In this document: positions 20,200-29,404 of the stretch, piece after piece
How the letters are laid out: each line of letters begins with the position of its first letter
How positions within the stretch are numbered: the first letter of the stretch is position 1
Assembly (NCBI GenBank): GCA_026225415.1
Contig: JAMFSS010000002.1
Coordinates: forward strand, 25,915-89,914
DNA: 64,000 bases
Origin: Alphaproteobacteria bacterium
Lineage (GTDB): Bacteria > Pseudomonadota > Alphaproteobacteria > UBA9219
Reading direction: 5' to 3'
Position numbers and translations under genes: made by a program
The notes under the pieces: model-generated
Seen by the model: only the letters and a program-made list of their open reading frames with translations
Databases searched by the model: none
What the model was told of the DNA's origin: nothing

Positions 20200-20874
20200 T
20201 TACGCGGCCTTCGCCGGCAAAATCACCTGACCCGACTTCGCCCAATCCGTCACAAACTGCGCCAAACCCTTATCGGTCAAAGGATGCGCAAAAAGCTGGC
20301 GAATAACATTGGGTGGAATGGTGCAAACATGCGCGCCCATCAAACCAGCCTGCACGACATGTTGCGGGCTGCGCACCGATGCCACCAGAACTTCGGTCTT
20401 AAATTCGGGATATTGCGAATAAATCTGGCAAATATCGGAAATCAATTGCATGCCGTTTTCGCCGATATCATCCAAACGTCCGACGAAAGGCGAAACGAAA
20501 GTCGCACCGGCCTTGGCCGCCAAAATCGCCTGCGCCGCCGAAAAACATAATGTCACATTGACCATCGTGCCCTGCTCCGACAAATGCTTACACACTTTCA
20601 AACCGGCTGGCGTCAACGGCACTTTCACCGCAATATTTTTTGCCAGCTTGGACAGGAACAACCCTTCTTCCAGCATTTGCTCATATTCTGTCGCGCCGAC
20701 TTCCGCGCTGACAGGGCCTTCAACCAAACCGCAAATCTGCTTGATCAATTCGATAAAGTTGGGCGCGCCCGATTTTGCCACCAACGACGGGTTCGTCGTC
20801 ACCCCGTCCAGCAAACCTGTCGCGGCAAGGTCTTTGATGTCATTAATATCGGCGGTATCGACAAAAAATTTCAC
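20200..20874 (-). CDS. tal: short-form transaldolase / fructose-6-phosphate aldolase family
   Basis: [16 protein letters not shown]…GVTTNPSL motif, 224 aa. Confidence 0.75.
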   Translation of the reverse strand: MKFFVDTADINDIKDLAATGLLDGVTTNPSLVAKSGAPNFIELIKQICGLVEGPVSAEVGATEYEQMLEEGLFLSKLAKNIAVKVPLTPAGLKVCKHLSEQGTMVNVTLCFSAAQAILAAKAGATFVSPFVGRLDDIGENGMQLISDICQIYSQYPEFKTEVLVASVRSPQHVVQAGLMGAHVCTIPPNVIRQLFAHPLTDKGLAQFVTDWAKSGQVILPAKAA

Positions 20875-20917
20875 GTTTAGCTCCTGTTAATTTTGGTTAG
20901 CCGGTGTATCCTAGCGC

Positions 20918-22903
20918 ATGACGAATTCTTCCGCCACCCTGCGAGTAATGCTGCCTGCGCCACTGGCCGAGGCCTATGATTACCTGCCTGCAGACGGTGA
21001 AAAACCACATATTGGTGCCTTTGTCGAGGTTCCGTTTGGCGGCCGCTCGCTGATCGGCGTTGTATGGGGGGCAGGCAAAGGCGATGTGCCGGAAAATAAG
21101 CTTAAACACATCATCCGCACGCTCGACCTGCCTTTGGTGCCGGACACAAGCCGCGCCTTCATCGATTGGGTCGCGGCCTATACCCTGACCCCAACCGGCG
21201 CCGTCCTTAAAATGATGTTTGGTAGCGCCAAGCTGATCGAACCGAAAAAGAAAGACGCGTTCGCCTGCCCCGTTTTTAACTCTGACTTTCATCAACCGGA
21301 ATTAAGCGCCGACCAAAAAAGCGCCGCACAAATTTTATCCGATAATGTAAAATCGCAAAAATATTCTGCCACTCTTCTTGACGGCGTCACCGGTTCCGGC
21401 AAAACCGAAGTCTTCTGCGAAGCGATTGCCGAATGTATCCGTCAGGGCAAACAGGCGCTCGTGCTTTTGCCTGAAATCGCGATGACCGCCGCGCTCATCA
21501 ATCGTTTCACCGCCCGTTTCGGCGCGCGCCCCATCGAATGGCATTCAGGGCTCAGCGAAAAACAACGCCGCCTGCATTGGCAAGCGATTGTCAAAGGCGA
21601 GGCGCAATTCATCCTCGGCGCGCGTTCGGCCTTGTTCCTGCCCTACCCCAATCTGGGCCTGATCGTGGTCGATGAAGAACATGAAGCCGCCTATAAACAG
21701 GAAGAAGGCGTTATCTATCACGGGCGCGATATGGCGGTTGCCCGCGCCCATCTGGGCAATATCCCCATCATTTTATCCAGCGCAACGCCATCACTGGAAA
21801 CCCTGTTCAATCTACGTCAGGGCAAATATGGCCATGTCCAACTACGCGAACGGTTCGGCAAAGCGACAATGCCCGATATCAAACTGGTCGATATGCGCGC
21901 CCACAAAATGTCGGCACAGGAATTTATCAGCCCACCTTTGTTCGCCGGATTACAGGAAACAATCGCCACAGGCCAACAGGCGATGCTGTTCCTCAATCGC
22001 CGTGGCTATGCGCCGCTTACCTTATGCCGAGGTTGTGGGCATCGGTTGCAATGCCCGCAATGCACATCCTGGCTGACGGAACATAAACAATCGGGGCGGT
22101 TGCATTGCCATCATTGCAATTACACGATGAAGCTGCCGGAAAAATGCCCGTCTTGCGAAGCCGTCGGCAAATTCGCCGCCTGTGGCCCCGGTGTCGAACG
22201 CATCGCCGAGGAAGTCACCAAACGTCTGCCCGAAGCGCGCTTTGCGATTATGGCCAGCGACACGCTGGAAAATCCGCAAGCCGCGCAAGATCTGGTCGAT
22301 AAAATGGCCAAACGAGAACTAGATATTCTCATCGGCACCCAAATTATGGCCAAGGGGTATCACTTCCCCAGCCTTACTTTGGTCGGGGTGGTTGATGGCG
22401 ATTTGGGGCTGGCGGGCGGCGATCCCCGTGCCGCAGAACGCACCTTTCAACTTCTGCAACAAATGGCGGGGCGCAGCGGGCGCGGCAAAGACGCGGGCCG
22501 CGTCATGCTGCAAACAACCGCCCCCGATCACGCCGTGATGAAAGCGATTGTCAAAGGCGACCGCGATGCCTTTATGGATACTGAATTGTCGGAACGCGAA
22601 GCCTATCACCTGCCGCCCTTCTGGCGTTTGGCATCGCTGACGGTTTCCGGCGAAGACAAAATCGCTGTTATCCGCGCGGCGGATCATCTGGCCTCAACGG
22701 CACCGCAAAACCAGAATCTGCGCATCCTTGGCCCCGCGCCTGCGCCCTTTGCGATGCTGCGCGGACGCTATCGGCATCGTTTGATGATACAGGCGCCACG
22801 CGGAACGAATCTGTCGGCGGTGCTGCGCGGCTGGCTTTCCACGGTCAAATTGCCGCGCAATCTGCGTCTTCTGGTCGATATCGATCCTTATAGTTTCCTG
22901 TAA
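20918..22903 (+). CDS. priA: primosomal protein N' (replication restart helicase)
   Basis: DGVTGSGKTEV Walker A, a cysteine-rich Zn-binding insert (CRGCGHRLQCPQC…CHHC…CPSC), 661 aa. Confidence 0.85.
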   Translation: MTNSSATLRVMLPAPLAEAYDYLPADGEKPHIGAFVEVPFGGRSLIGVVWGAGKGDVPENKLKHIIRTLDLPLVPDTSRAFIDWVAAYTLTPTGAVLKMMFGSAKLIEPKKKDAFACPVFNSDFHQPELSADQKSAAQILSDNVKSQKYSATLLDGVTGSGKTEVFCEAIAECIRQGKQALVLLPEIAMTAALINRFTARFGARPIEWHSGLSEKQRRLHWQAIVKGEAQFILGARSALFLPYPNLGLIVVDEEHEAAYKQEEGVIYHGRDMAVARAHLGNIPIILSSATPSLETLFNLRQGKYGHVQLRERFGKATMPDIKLVDMRAHKMSAQEFISPPLFAGLQETIATGQQAMLFLNRRGYAPLTLCRGCGHRLQCPQCTSWLTEHKQSGRLHCHHCNYTMKLPEKCPSCEAVGKFAACGPGVERIAEEVTKRLPEARFAIMASDTLENPQAAQDLVDKMAKRELDILIGTQIMAKGYHFPSLTLVGVVDGDLGLAGGDPRAAERTFQLLQQMAGRSGRGKDAGRVMLQTTAPDHAVMKAIVKGDRDAFMDTELSEREAYHLPPFWRLASLTVSGEDKIAVIRAADHLASTAPQNQNLRILGPAPAPFAMLRGRYRHRLMIQAPRGTNLSAVLRGWLSTVKLPRNLRLLVDIDPYSFL

Positions 22904-23131
22904 CGTTAAGCTTAACAGCCCCATAAATACCCAAATCAGTTGACAAATTACCCCTAACGGGCATGCCGAATTACTTTCATGATTTTATTCAAAAATAACT
23001 GCATGAAAGTTTTTGAACATTGCCCGTCGGCCATTAAGGTTGGATTAGGAATTGAGTGTTAGACATTTAAACAAGACGAATCATTTTAAAAAGTGCGTCA
23101 GTAAAAAGAGAACCTAAGAAAGAATAAGGCA

Positions 23132-23341
23132 ATGTTAGTAGAAGTTACACCAGCCACCTATCTCGCCCTTTGCGGCCTTGTCAGCGATGCATTACAGCAT
23201 CCCAGCGACGCGACCGCTATTCTGGTTCGCGCGGCCAAGGAATTGGGAACGGCGACAGCTGGCAATATGATCCCGTCCGAATTGCTGGAAGAACCTGAAC
23301 GCATGGAAAATCTGCGCCGCGCCGGATTCGTGGGTCGTTAA
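23132..23341 (+). CDS. hypothetical small protein (69 aa)
   Basis: ORF located 10 nt upstream of the phosphatase-like gene. Confidence 0.3.
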   Translation: MLVEVTPATYLALCGLVSDALQHPSDATAILVRAAKELGTATAGNMIPSELLEEPERMENLRRAGFVGR

Positions 23342-23350
23342 ACTGTCCAA

Positions 23351-23953
23351 ATGACAATTCATCTGACGATATCTCGTGCCGATGAAGTTGTTGATCTTGT
23401 CCAAGCGTCAATCCGGAACAATATTCCTTATGACGCAATCATCTCTATCGAACATCCGGGCGCAAAGAATTTAACGGCTGAAAAAGGGCGCGCCCCGCGC
23501 CTGAATCAAGAAATTGGCGTAGAATGGAAAGACAAACAACTTATTCTTGTCTGTTATGATGTTGAGCATTCAAACTTTGGCGTCCCCGCTCCCGAACAAA
23601 ACATTGTCACGGATGCGATTAAATTTATCAATGACCGCATGCCAGCCCATCGTCCGATGCGGCTTCTTATTCATTGCCGCAGCGGCAAAGCGCGAAGCGC
23701 AGGGTTGGGGCTGGTTTTATTAGCCAGCGAAAATAACCTGTCTCCCGATGCGGCTCTTGCCCAACTTATAAAAATCCGCCCGATCGCCGCACCTAATCTG
23801 GCAATTGTCGAGCAGGGCGATTTGTTATTGGGACAAAAAGGTGCCTTGATTAAAGCTGTTTTGGCCGATCCTAATGTAACCGAACGCCGCGCCGCATCCG
23901 AACGTGCGCGGGTGCATCAAGTTGAAAGTAGGCGAATAATGCCTAAGCCTTAA
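23351..23953 (+). CDS. protein-tyrosine/dual-specificity phosphatase-like protein (CX5R motif)
   Basis: …LLIHCRSGKARSAGLG… matches the HCX5R(S/T) P-loop of PTP/DSP enzymes, placed mid-protein as in conventional PTPs. Confidence 0.5.
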   Translation: MTIHLTISRADEVVDLVQASIRNNIPYDAIISIEHPGAKNLTAEKGRAPRLNQEIGVEWKDKQLILVCYDVEHSNFGVPAPEQNIVTDAIKFINDRMPAHRPMRLLIHCRSGKARSAGLGLVLLASENNLSPDAALAQLIKIRPIAAPNLAIVEQGDLLLGQKGALIKAVLADPNVTERRAASERARVHQVESRRIMPKP

Positions 23954-24797
23954 AATGCTTGAACGGAAAATACCGTGCCCGCACGCTGCCAAACCGCCCC
24001 AGCAGTAATGACAAAACATACATCCCGCCGACCACCAGAATAATGGCGGGGCCGCTGGGTACCTGTGCGGCAAAGGCTATCATCAAACCAATCACGGCAC
24101 CCACAACGGCAATCCCGATCGACACCACCAACATCGTGCGCAAACGCTGCGTCCAGAATTGCGCGGCAATCGCGGGAATAAGCATCAAACCCGCCGACAT
24201 CAAAGTCCCCATCGCGCGGTAGCTTTCAACCATATTCAAAACCGCCAGCGTCAAAAACATGCCCTGAACCAAGCCGCCCTTGCCGCCAACCGACCGCAAA
24301 AAAACGGGGTCAAAAGATTCCATAACCAGCGGGCGATAAATCATCGCCAACACCACAACCGTCACGGCGCTTATCCCCGCCATTAATGATACAATCCCAT
24401 TATCCAAATTCTGCGCATCGCCGAACAAAATATCTTCTAAATCCTTGGCGCTGCCATGCAGGGCAATCATCATCACGCCCGCCGCCACGGCAATCAGATA
24501 AAACGCTGCTAACGAAGCATCCTCACGCAAAGATGTTACCCGCGTCACAAAACCGGCAATCAACGCAACCGATAATCCGGCCGCAACACCGCCAATGCTC
24601 ATCATCGGTATCGACATGCCGCATAAGATAAACGCAGCCGCAACACCCGGCAAAATGGCATGCGCCATCACATCGCCCATCAAACTCATGCGGCGCAAAA
24701 CCAGAAACACGCCCAAAGGCGCGCTACCCACCGATACGCACAAAGCGGCAATTAACGCGCGTTGCATGGCGGGATCGTTAAAAAATCCATTCATCAT
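23943..24797 (-). CDS. znuB: metal (Zn/Mn) ABC transporter permease
   Basis: 284 aa and about 8 TM, of the ZnuB/MntB family. Its start overlaps the stop of the ATPase gene. Confidence 0.75.
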   Translation of the reverse strand: MMNGFFNDPAMQRALIAALCVSVGSAPLGVFLVLRRMSLMGDVMAHAILPGVAAAFILCGMSIPMMSIGGVAAGLSVALIAGFVTRVTSLREDASLAAFYLIAVAAGVMMIALHGSAKDLEDILFGDAQNLDNGIVSLMAGISAVTVVVLAMIYRPLVMESFDPVFLRSVGGKGGLVQGMFLTLAVLNMVESYRAMGTLMSAGLMLIPAIAAQFWTQRLRTMLVVSIGIAVVGAVIGLMIAFAAQVPSGPAIILVVGGMYVLSLLLGRFGSVRARYFPFKHFKA

Positions 24798-25540
24798 GCC
24801 GCGTGCCCTCCCTGCGCGTCACACACATCGGCATGTTCAACCCATGTGCCGGCCTGTGCGGAAGCCCGCGCCAGATTTTCATCGCGCATAACATCGCCTG
24901 TATCGCCCCACGCAATTAAATCCCGCGCCAACAACAAAGTTTGCGGAAAATGATCGCGCACCAATTGGAAGTCATGCATCACGCAAATAATGGTGCAACC
25001 ATGCTGACGCCAATGCTCCAACACATGAATTAAATCATGCGTCGTTCGGCTGTCTATCGCGGCAAAAGGCTCATCCAGCAAAATAATCTTGGCACGTTGC
25101 AAAGATAACCGCGCAAACAAAACGCGTTGCCACTGCCCGGTGGACAAAGAAATAATAGGACGCGTCGCGAACGATGCCATATCGACCATCGTCAATGCCC
25201 GCATTGCCGCCTCGCGATGCTCGTTACGCCGCCGACCCAACGCACCCAGTTTCGGCCAATGCCCCGCCAACACCACATCCATCACATTAATGGGAAAGGT
25301 GCGGTCGATTTCAAACTGTTGCGGCAGATAGGCTATTTCGCCCCGCGCCACGCCGCCATAGTCAACCGATCCTGTCATCAACGGCATAAAACCAGCCAAC
25401 GCCTTGACCAAAGTGCTTTTGCCGCCGCCATTCGGTCCCACCACAGCCGTCATCGATGCATCGGCAAATTCGCCATTCACATGATGCACAACGGGCCGCC
25501 GGTCATAGCCCGCGGAAAGATTGGTAAGTTTTATGGTCAT
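24794..25540 (-). CDS. znuC: metal (Zn/Mn) ABC transporter ATP-binding protein
   Basis: Walker A GPNGGGKST, signature LSTGQWQR, Walker B ILLDEP. A Zur box lies upstream. Confidence 0.8.
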   Translation of the reverse strand: MTIKLTNLSAGYDRRPVVHHVNGEFADASMTAVVGPNGGGKSTLVKALAGFMPLMTGSVDYGGVARGEIAYLPQQFEIDRTFPINVMDVVLAGHWPKLGALGRRRNEHREAAMRALTMVDMASFATRPIISLSTGQWQRVLFARLSLQRAKIILLDEPFAAIDSRTTHDLIHVLEHWRQHGCTIICVMHDFQLVRDHFPQTLLLARDLIAWGDTGDVMRDENLARASAQAGTWVEHADVCDAQGGHAA

Positions 25541-25578
25541 TCAATCAGTTGTTTCATTATCTTAAAGTGACAAAGTCA

Positions 25579-25593
25579 TGTTATAATATAACA
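25579..25593. promoter_or_regulatory. Zur box (perfect palindrome TGTTATAATATAACA) in the znuC / lipid-A operon divergent intergenic region
   Basis: The sequence gtcaTGTTATAATATAACAcg matches the core of the proteobacterial Zur operator. It is 39 bp upstream of the znuC start and 98 bp upstream of the divergent operon. Confidence 0.65.
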
Positions 25594-25690
25594 CGCTAAA
25601 ACGCTATCCCTCTTTTCTGTCCCCGCCAAGCTTGAACGAACCCGCGACTCGGGCAATAACCATGCGCAGATAATCCACCAAGGAATCCCC

Positions 25691-25996
25691 ATGCAAGACA
25701 TCCTCACCTGGCTCGATGCCCATGTAACGCTGTGGGTCATCATCGGCCTTGCTGGCCAAACTTTGTTCATGAGCCGTTTTATCGTGCAATGGATAGCGTC
25801 AGAACGTGCCAAGAAAAGCGTTATGCCCGAAGCCTTTTGGTATTTCAGCCTCGGCGGCGGGCTCATCGTATCGGCCTATGCCATCCATAAACAGGATATT
25901 GTTTTCATGTTGGGGCAAATGCCGGGTGTCATCGTTTATTCGCGCAATATCTATTTCATCCATAAACACAAACGCGCCAAAATCATCAATGCTTGA
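25691..25996 (+). CDS. small membrane protein with lipid-A-biosynthesis N-terminal (LAB_N) type domain
   Basis: 101 aa, three hydrophobic segments, and a conserved Trp/Phe-rich pattern. Its stop overlaps the start of the ArnT-like gene (ATGCTTGA). Confidence 0.5.
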   Translation: MQDILTWLDAHVTLWVIIGLAGQTLFMSRFIVQWIASERAKKSVMPEAFWYFSLGGGLIVSAYAIHKQDIVFMLGQMPGVIVYSRNIYFIHKHKRAKIINA

Positions 25997-27668
25997 AAAA
26001 CTTTTAACCATCCCGGCGTCTTTTTCCACCTCAGATAATAAACGGCTTTCACCGCTCGCCTATCTGTTCCTGCTCATGCTGTGTTTCGGTTTTTTCGCGC
26101 CGGGCTTTGCAACCTTGCCGCCAACCGACCGCGATGAATCCTCTTTTGCGCAAGCCAGCAAACAGATGATTGAAACCGGCAATTACACCGATATAAGATT
26201 GCAAAAAGAACCGCGCTACAAAAAACCCATCGGCATCTATTGGCTGCAAAGCACAGCGGTACGAATTTTCAATCCACACCATCTTGACGAAATCTGGGCT
26301 TACCGTATCCCATCCCTTATCGGCGCGATAATTGCCGTGTTAATGACGGCGGCGTTAGGCTCTTTGTTATTTAACCCCGCCACCGGCCTTATCGCCGGCA
26401 TGATGATGGCCGGTTGCGTGTTGTTGAATGTCGAGGCACGCATCGCAACGACCGATGCCGCCCTGCTTGGCAGTATAATGGTCGCGCAATATGCGCTCGC
26501 CCGCGCCTATTTGGGGCAAATCAATAATTGGAAAATGCCGCTCGCATTCTGGACATCCCTCGCCATCGGCATCCTGATCAAAGGCCCCATCATCCTGCTG
26601 CCCATCTGTTCCGTTCTTATCTGGATGAAAATCGCCGATAAAAACATCACATGGGCGCGCAGCCTTAAACCACTGTTCGGCATTCCTTACGCGCTCGCCC
26701 TCATTGCCCCCTGGTTCATCGCCATATCCATGCAAAGCCACGGCGCATTTCTACAACAATCGGCGGGCAACGACATGCTCGCCAAACTCTGGCAAGGCCA
26801 GAACCGCGGCATCCTGCCGCCCGGCCTCCATCTTATGGCGCTGCCGGTTGTGTTCTTTCCCTATTCGCTGTTCGTCGTTTTCGCCGCACCCGATATCTGG
26901 CGCAACCGCCGCGATACGGCCGTTAAATTCTGCATCGCATGGGCGGTGCCGACATGGCTGGTGTTTGAAATCTCGCTGACCAAATTGCCGCATTACACCT
27001 TGCCCGCCTATCCTGCTATTGCCATACTTACGGCCAAATTCCTGATCGACGGCCTGCCTTCCATGTCGAACACACCGCGCCGTTTGCCGCTCGCGCTTAT
27101 TATCGCGATGTGGTTGATGATCGGCGTTGGCTTTGCGTTTGTGTTTTCCACCCTGCCCGGATTCTCCGATCATCAATGGCAGGCACCGCAAATCATCGCC
27201 GGCGTTTTGCTGATCATCGCGCAAGGCTTGGCACTCGCGCTTTTGCCGCGCCAAAAAATCGGCAGCTTTGTCATCGTCACGATTGGCAGCCTGATTTTCC
27301 TCAGTACAACCTTCGGCATAACCCTGCCGTCGCTGCACAATATCTGGATGTCGCGCGAAATCGTCGCGGCGGTCGATGCCATCAAACCCTGCCCCGATAG
27401 CATCATCATCAGCCTCGGCTATCATGAACCCAGCCTCGCCTTCCTTGGCGGCACCGACACGATGATGACCAAAGATGCCACCGAAGCAGCTCAAGATTTG
27501 GCCGAAGGCACCTGCCGCGTCGCGGTTATCGACGCGAAACATAAAGACGAATTCATCGGCCATTTTGTCGACACATCAAAACCGCATGAAGTCGGCGCGA
27601 TCGAAGGGCTCAATTCCGGCCACGGCGCAGAAACGGCGCTGACTTTATTCGTAATGCCGCGCCCATGA
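25989..27668 (+). CDS. ArnT-like (GT83/GT39-type) undecaprenyl-phosphate-sugar:lipid A glycosyltransferase
   Basis: The first periplasmic loop has …PPTDRDESSFAQASKQM… (DE…RYA-like) followed by …KPIGIYWLQ…. Polytopic. The start is taken at MLEKLL…, overlapping the upstream stop. Confidence 0.65.
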   Translation: MLEKLLTIPASFSTSDNKRLSPLAYLFLLMLCFGFFAPGFATLPPTDRDESSFAQASKQMIETGNYTDIRLQKEPRYKKPIGIYWLQSTAVRIFNPHHLDEIWAYRIPSLIGAIIAVLMTAALGSLLFNPATGLIAGMMMAGCVLLNVEARIATTDAALLGSIMVAQYALARAYLGQINNWKMPLAFWTSLAIGILIKGPIILLPICSVLIWMKIADKNITWARSLKPLFGIPYALALIAPWFIAISMQSHGAFLQQSAGNDMLAKLWQGQNRGILPPGLHLMALPVVFFPYSLFVVFAAPDIWRNRRDTAVKFCIAWAVPTWLVFEISLTKLPHYTLPAYPAIAILTAKFLIDGLPSMSNTPRRLPLALIIAMWLMIGVGFAFVFSTLPGFSDHQWQAPQIIAGVLLIIAQGLALALLPRQKIGSFVIVTIGSLIFLSTTFGITLPSLHNIWMSREIVAAVDAIKPCPDSIIISLGYHEPSLAFLGGTDTMMTKDATEAAQDLAEGTCRVAVIDAKHKDEFIGHFVDTSKPHEVGAIEGLNSGHGAETALTLFVMPRP

Positions 27669-28351
27669 AAAAATACGCCAAGCCAGCAGCGATAATCGCC
27701 GGATTTCTCGCACTCGAAATACTGCTCTATCTCTATATCGACCGCCCGCTGGCCGTCCTGATGCGTGATATGGGCTCGTTCGACCCCAACTTCACCGACT
27801 TCTTCCGCACCATCACCGATCTCGGCAAATCCGTCTGGTATCTGGTGCCCTGCGGGCTCGCCGTCCTTTTCTGCGCCTTTCTTTCACGCGGCAAAGACGT
27901 CCCGCCCGCCTATCGCCGCCTGTTCGGCTATGTCGGCCTGCGCGCCCTGTTTCTTTTCCTGACTATCGGCGTTTCCGGTATTGTCGCCGACATCATCAAA
28001 CCCATCGCGGGCCGCGCACGCCCCATCCTGTACCTGCGCGACTCATTCTTTGGCTTCGCGCCCTTCAACGCCCAGGGCTTTTTATGGAACGGCTTTCCGT
28101 CCGGCCACACAACAACCGCCGTCGCGCTGGCCTGCAGCCTCTCGCTGCTCTATCCCCGCGCGCGCATTTTGTGGTTTACCTATGCGGGTTTGCTGACGGC
28201 CAGCCGCGTGATAGTTAACGCCCATTATCTGTCCGATGTCTGCGCCGGAGCCTTCCTTGGATGGGCAACAACTTACCTTCTTTACCAGCATGGGATGTTT
28301 CGCATTAATGCAATTATTTTTCCCATTGACAAACCATCCCCCACAGAGTAG
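27665..28351 (+). CDS. PAP2-family phosphatase (lipid A phosphatase-like)
   Basis: Acid-phosphatase motifs KxxxxxxRP (KPIAGRARP), PSGH (FPSGHTTTA) and SRxxxxxHxxxD (SRVIVNAHYLSD). Its start overlaps the upstream stop (ATGA). Confidence 0.75.
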   Translation: MKKYAKPAAIIAGFLALEILLYLYIDRPLAVLMRDMGSFDPNFTDFFRTITDLGKSVWYLVPCGLAVLFCAFLSRGKDVPPAYRRLFGYVGLRALFLFLTIGVSGIVADIIKPIAGRARPILYLRDSFFGFAPFNAQGFLWNGFPSGHTTTAVALACSLSLLYPRARILWFTYAGLLTASRVIVNAHYLSDVCAGAFLGWATTYLLYQHGMFRINAIIFPIDKPSPTE

Positions 28352-28360
28352 GGATTTTCC

Positions 28361-28846
28361 ATGACAAAAAAAGAAACAACGACACCCGCATGGGTCAAAA
28401 ACATGCTCGCGCTGATGGATCAGCACAGCTTCAATCCGCGCAGCCTGTCGCTCCGCGCAGGCCTCAATGCCACGGCGGTGCGCGATATGATCGAAGGGCG
28501 GTCACGCTTCCCCCGTTACGACACGGTGCAGGCGCTGGCCGACGCGCTTTCCACAACGCCTGCGTTACTGATGGCCGACGGCAAAAGCGCCAAAACAAAG
28601 GGCGAAACCTTTGGCCAGGATGTGGAATTATTGACCGAAATCATCGCGCGGTTACAGGAAACCGCCGAAGAAATGGGGCGCGAATTGCAACCGCGCGAAT
28701 TTGCCGCCATGTCGGCCACGCTTTTCCGCCGCTTGCTGGAAGGCGGCGATATCCCCTTGACTAAAAACCGCGCAGCCGCGCTGAAACCCCAAATCCACGA
28801 TCTTTTGGAATATGAAACGCTGCGCCACAAAAAGAAAAAGGGATAA
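28361..28846 (+). CDS. XRE-family helix-turn-helix transcriptional regulator
   Basis: N-terminal Cro/CI-type HTH (…SLSLRAGLNATAVRDMIEGRSRFPRYDTVQALADAL…). Confidence 0.6.
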   Translation: MTKKETTTPAWVKNMLALMDQHSFNPRSLSLRAGLNATAVRDMIEGRSRFPRYDTVQALADALSTTPALLMADGKSAKTKGETFGQDVELLTEIIARLQETAEEMGRELQPREFAAMSATLFRRLLEGGDIPLTKNRAAALKPQIHDLLEYETLRHKKKKG

Positions 28847-28857
28847 GACTTACTTTC

Positions 28858-28937
28858 TTCCCTCTCCCCTAGGGAGAGGAGCAAAAACTTAGGCTTGCGC
28901 CATACCGCGCAAGTCCTGGTTTTTGCAGGTGAGGGGC
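28858..28937. repeat. intergenic hairpin repeat, copy 2
   Basis: CTCTCCCCTAGGGAGAGGAGCAAAAACTTAGGCTTGCGC-CATACC-GCGCAAGTCCTGGTTTTTGCAGGTGAGGGG. The stem is changed in a compensatory way relative to copy 1. Confidence 0.7.
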
Positions 28938-29035
28938 TTATGTTTGGTAATTAAACCACCACCCCCACAAAATAAAGCAATTTACTTTCAACAACACATG
29001 ATAAACTGCTCCATTACAAAATAAGGGTTATTACA

Positions 29036-29374
29036 ATGGACGATAAAGGCGAAAAAATTGTTTTCCTAGCGCCCGAAAAAAAACCAGCCACGACAATCAC
29101 AATGACCTTCAAGGCGTTGTGCTTCACCAGCCTGTTGGCCGCAAGCGGCAGCGCGATTGTCACCAATGCCCTGCACGATAATGTGCGCCCGCTGAACCGT
29201 TACGAAAAAACCGAAATCAAAGCCCTGATTTTCTATACGACGAAAACCAAGGGCATCGACGAAGCCACGTTGCAACAGGCTATCGCCACCAAATGGGGCA
29301 CGCAAAATCTGGATGATCTAACCAACGCCGATTTCCCGGCCATCCGCCGCTTCCTGCAAGAAAAAGCGCAGTAA
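29036..29374 (+). CDS. hypothetical small protein, possibly secreted (alternative start at MTFKALCFTSLLAASGSA…)
   Basis: ORF bracketed by repeat copy 2 upstream and the truncated copy 3 immediately downstream. Confidence 0.35.
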   Translation: MDDKGEKIVFLAPEKKPATTITMTFKALCFTSLLAASGSAIVTNALHDNVRPLNRYEKTEIKALIFYTTKTKGIDEATLQQAIATKWGTQNLDDLTNADFPAIRRFLQEKAQ

Positions 29375-29375
29375 C

Positions 29376-29404
29376 CCCTTCTTACTTTTTGCAGGTGAGG
29401 GGTT
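29376..29404. repeat. truncated copy 3 of the intergenic repeat (3' core only)
   Basis: CCCTTCTTACTTTTTGCAGGTGAGGGG matches the conserved 3' core of the family. Confidence 0.55.

Noticed and set aside
26751-27563. 270-aa minus-strand ORF
   Set aside because: Antisense to the ArnT-like gene, and the ArnT-like gene has the convincing motifs.
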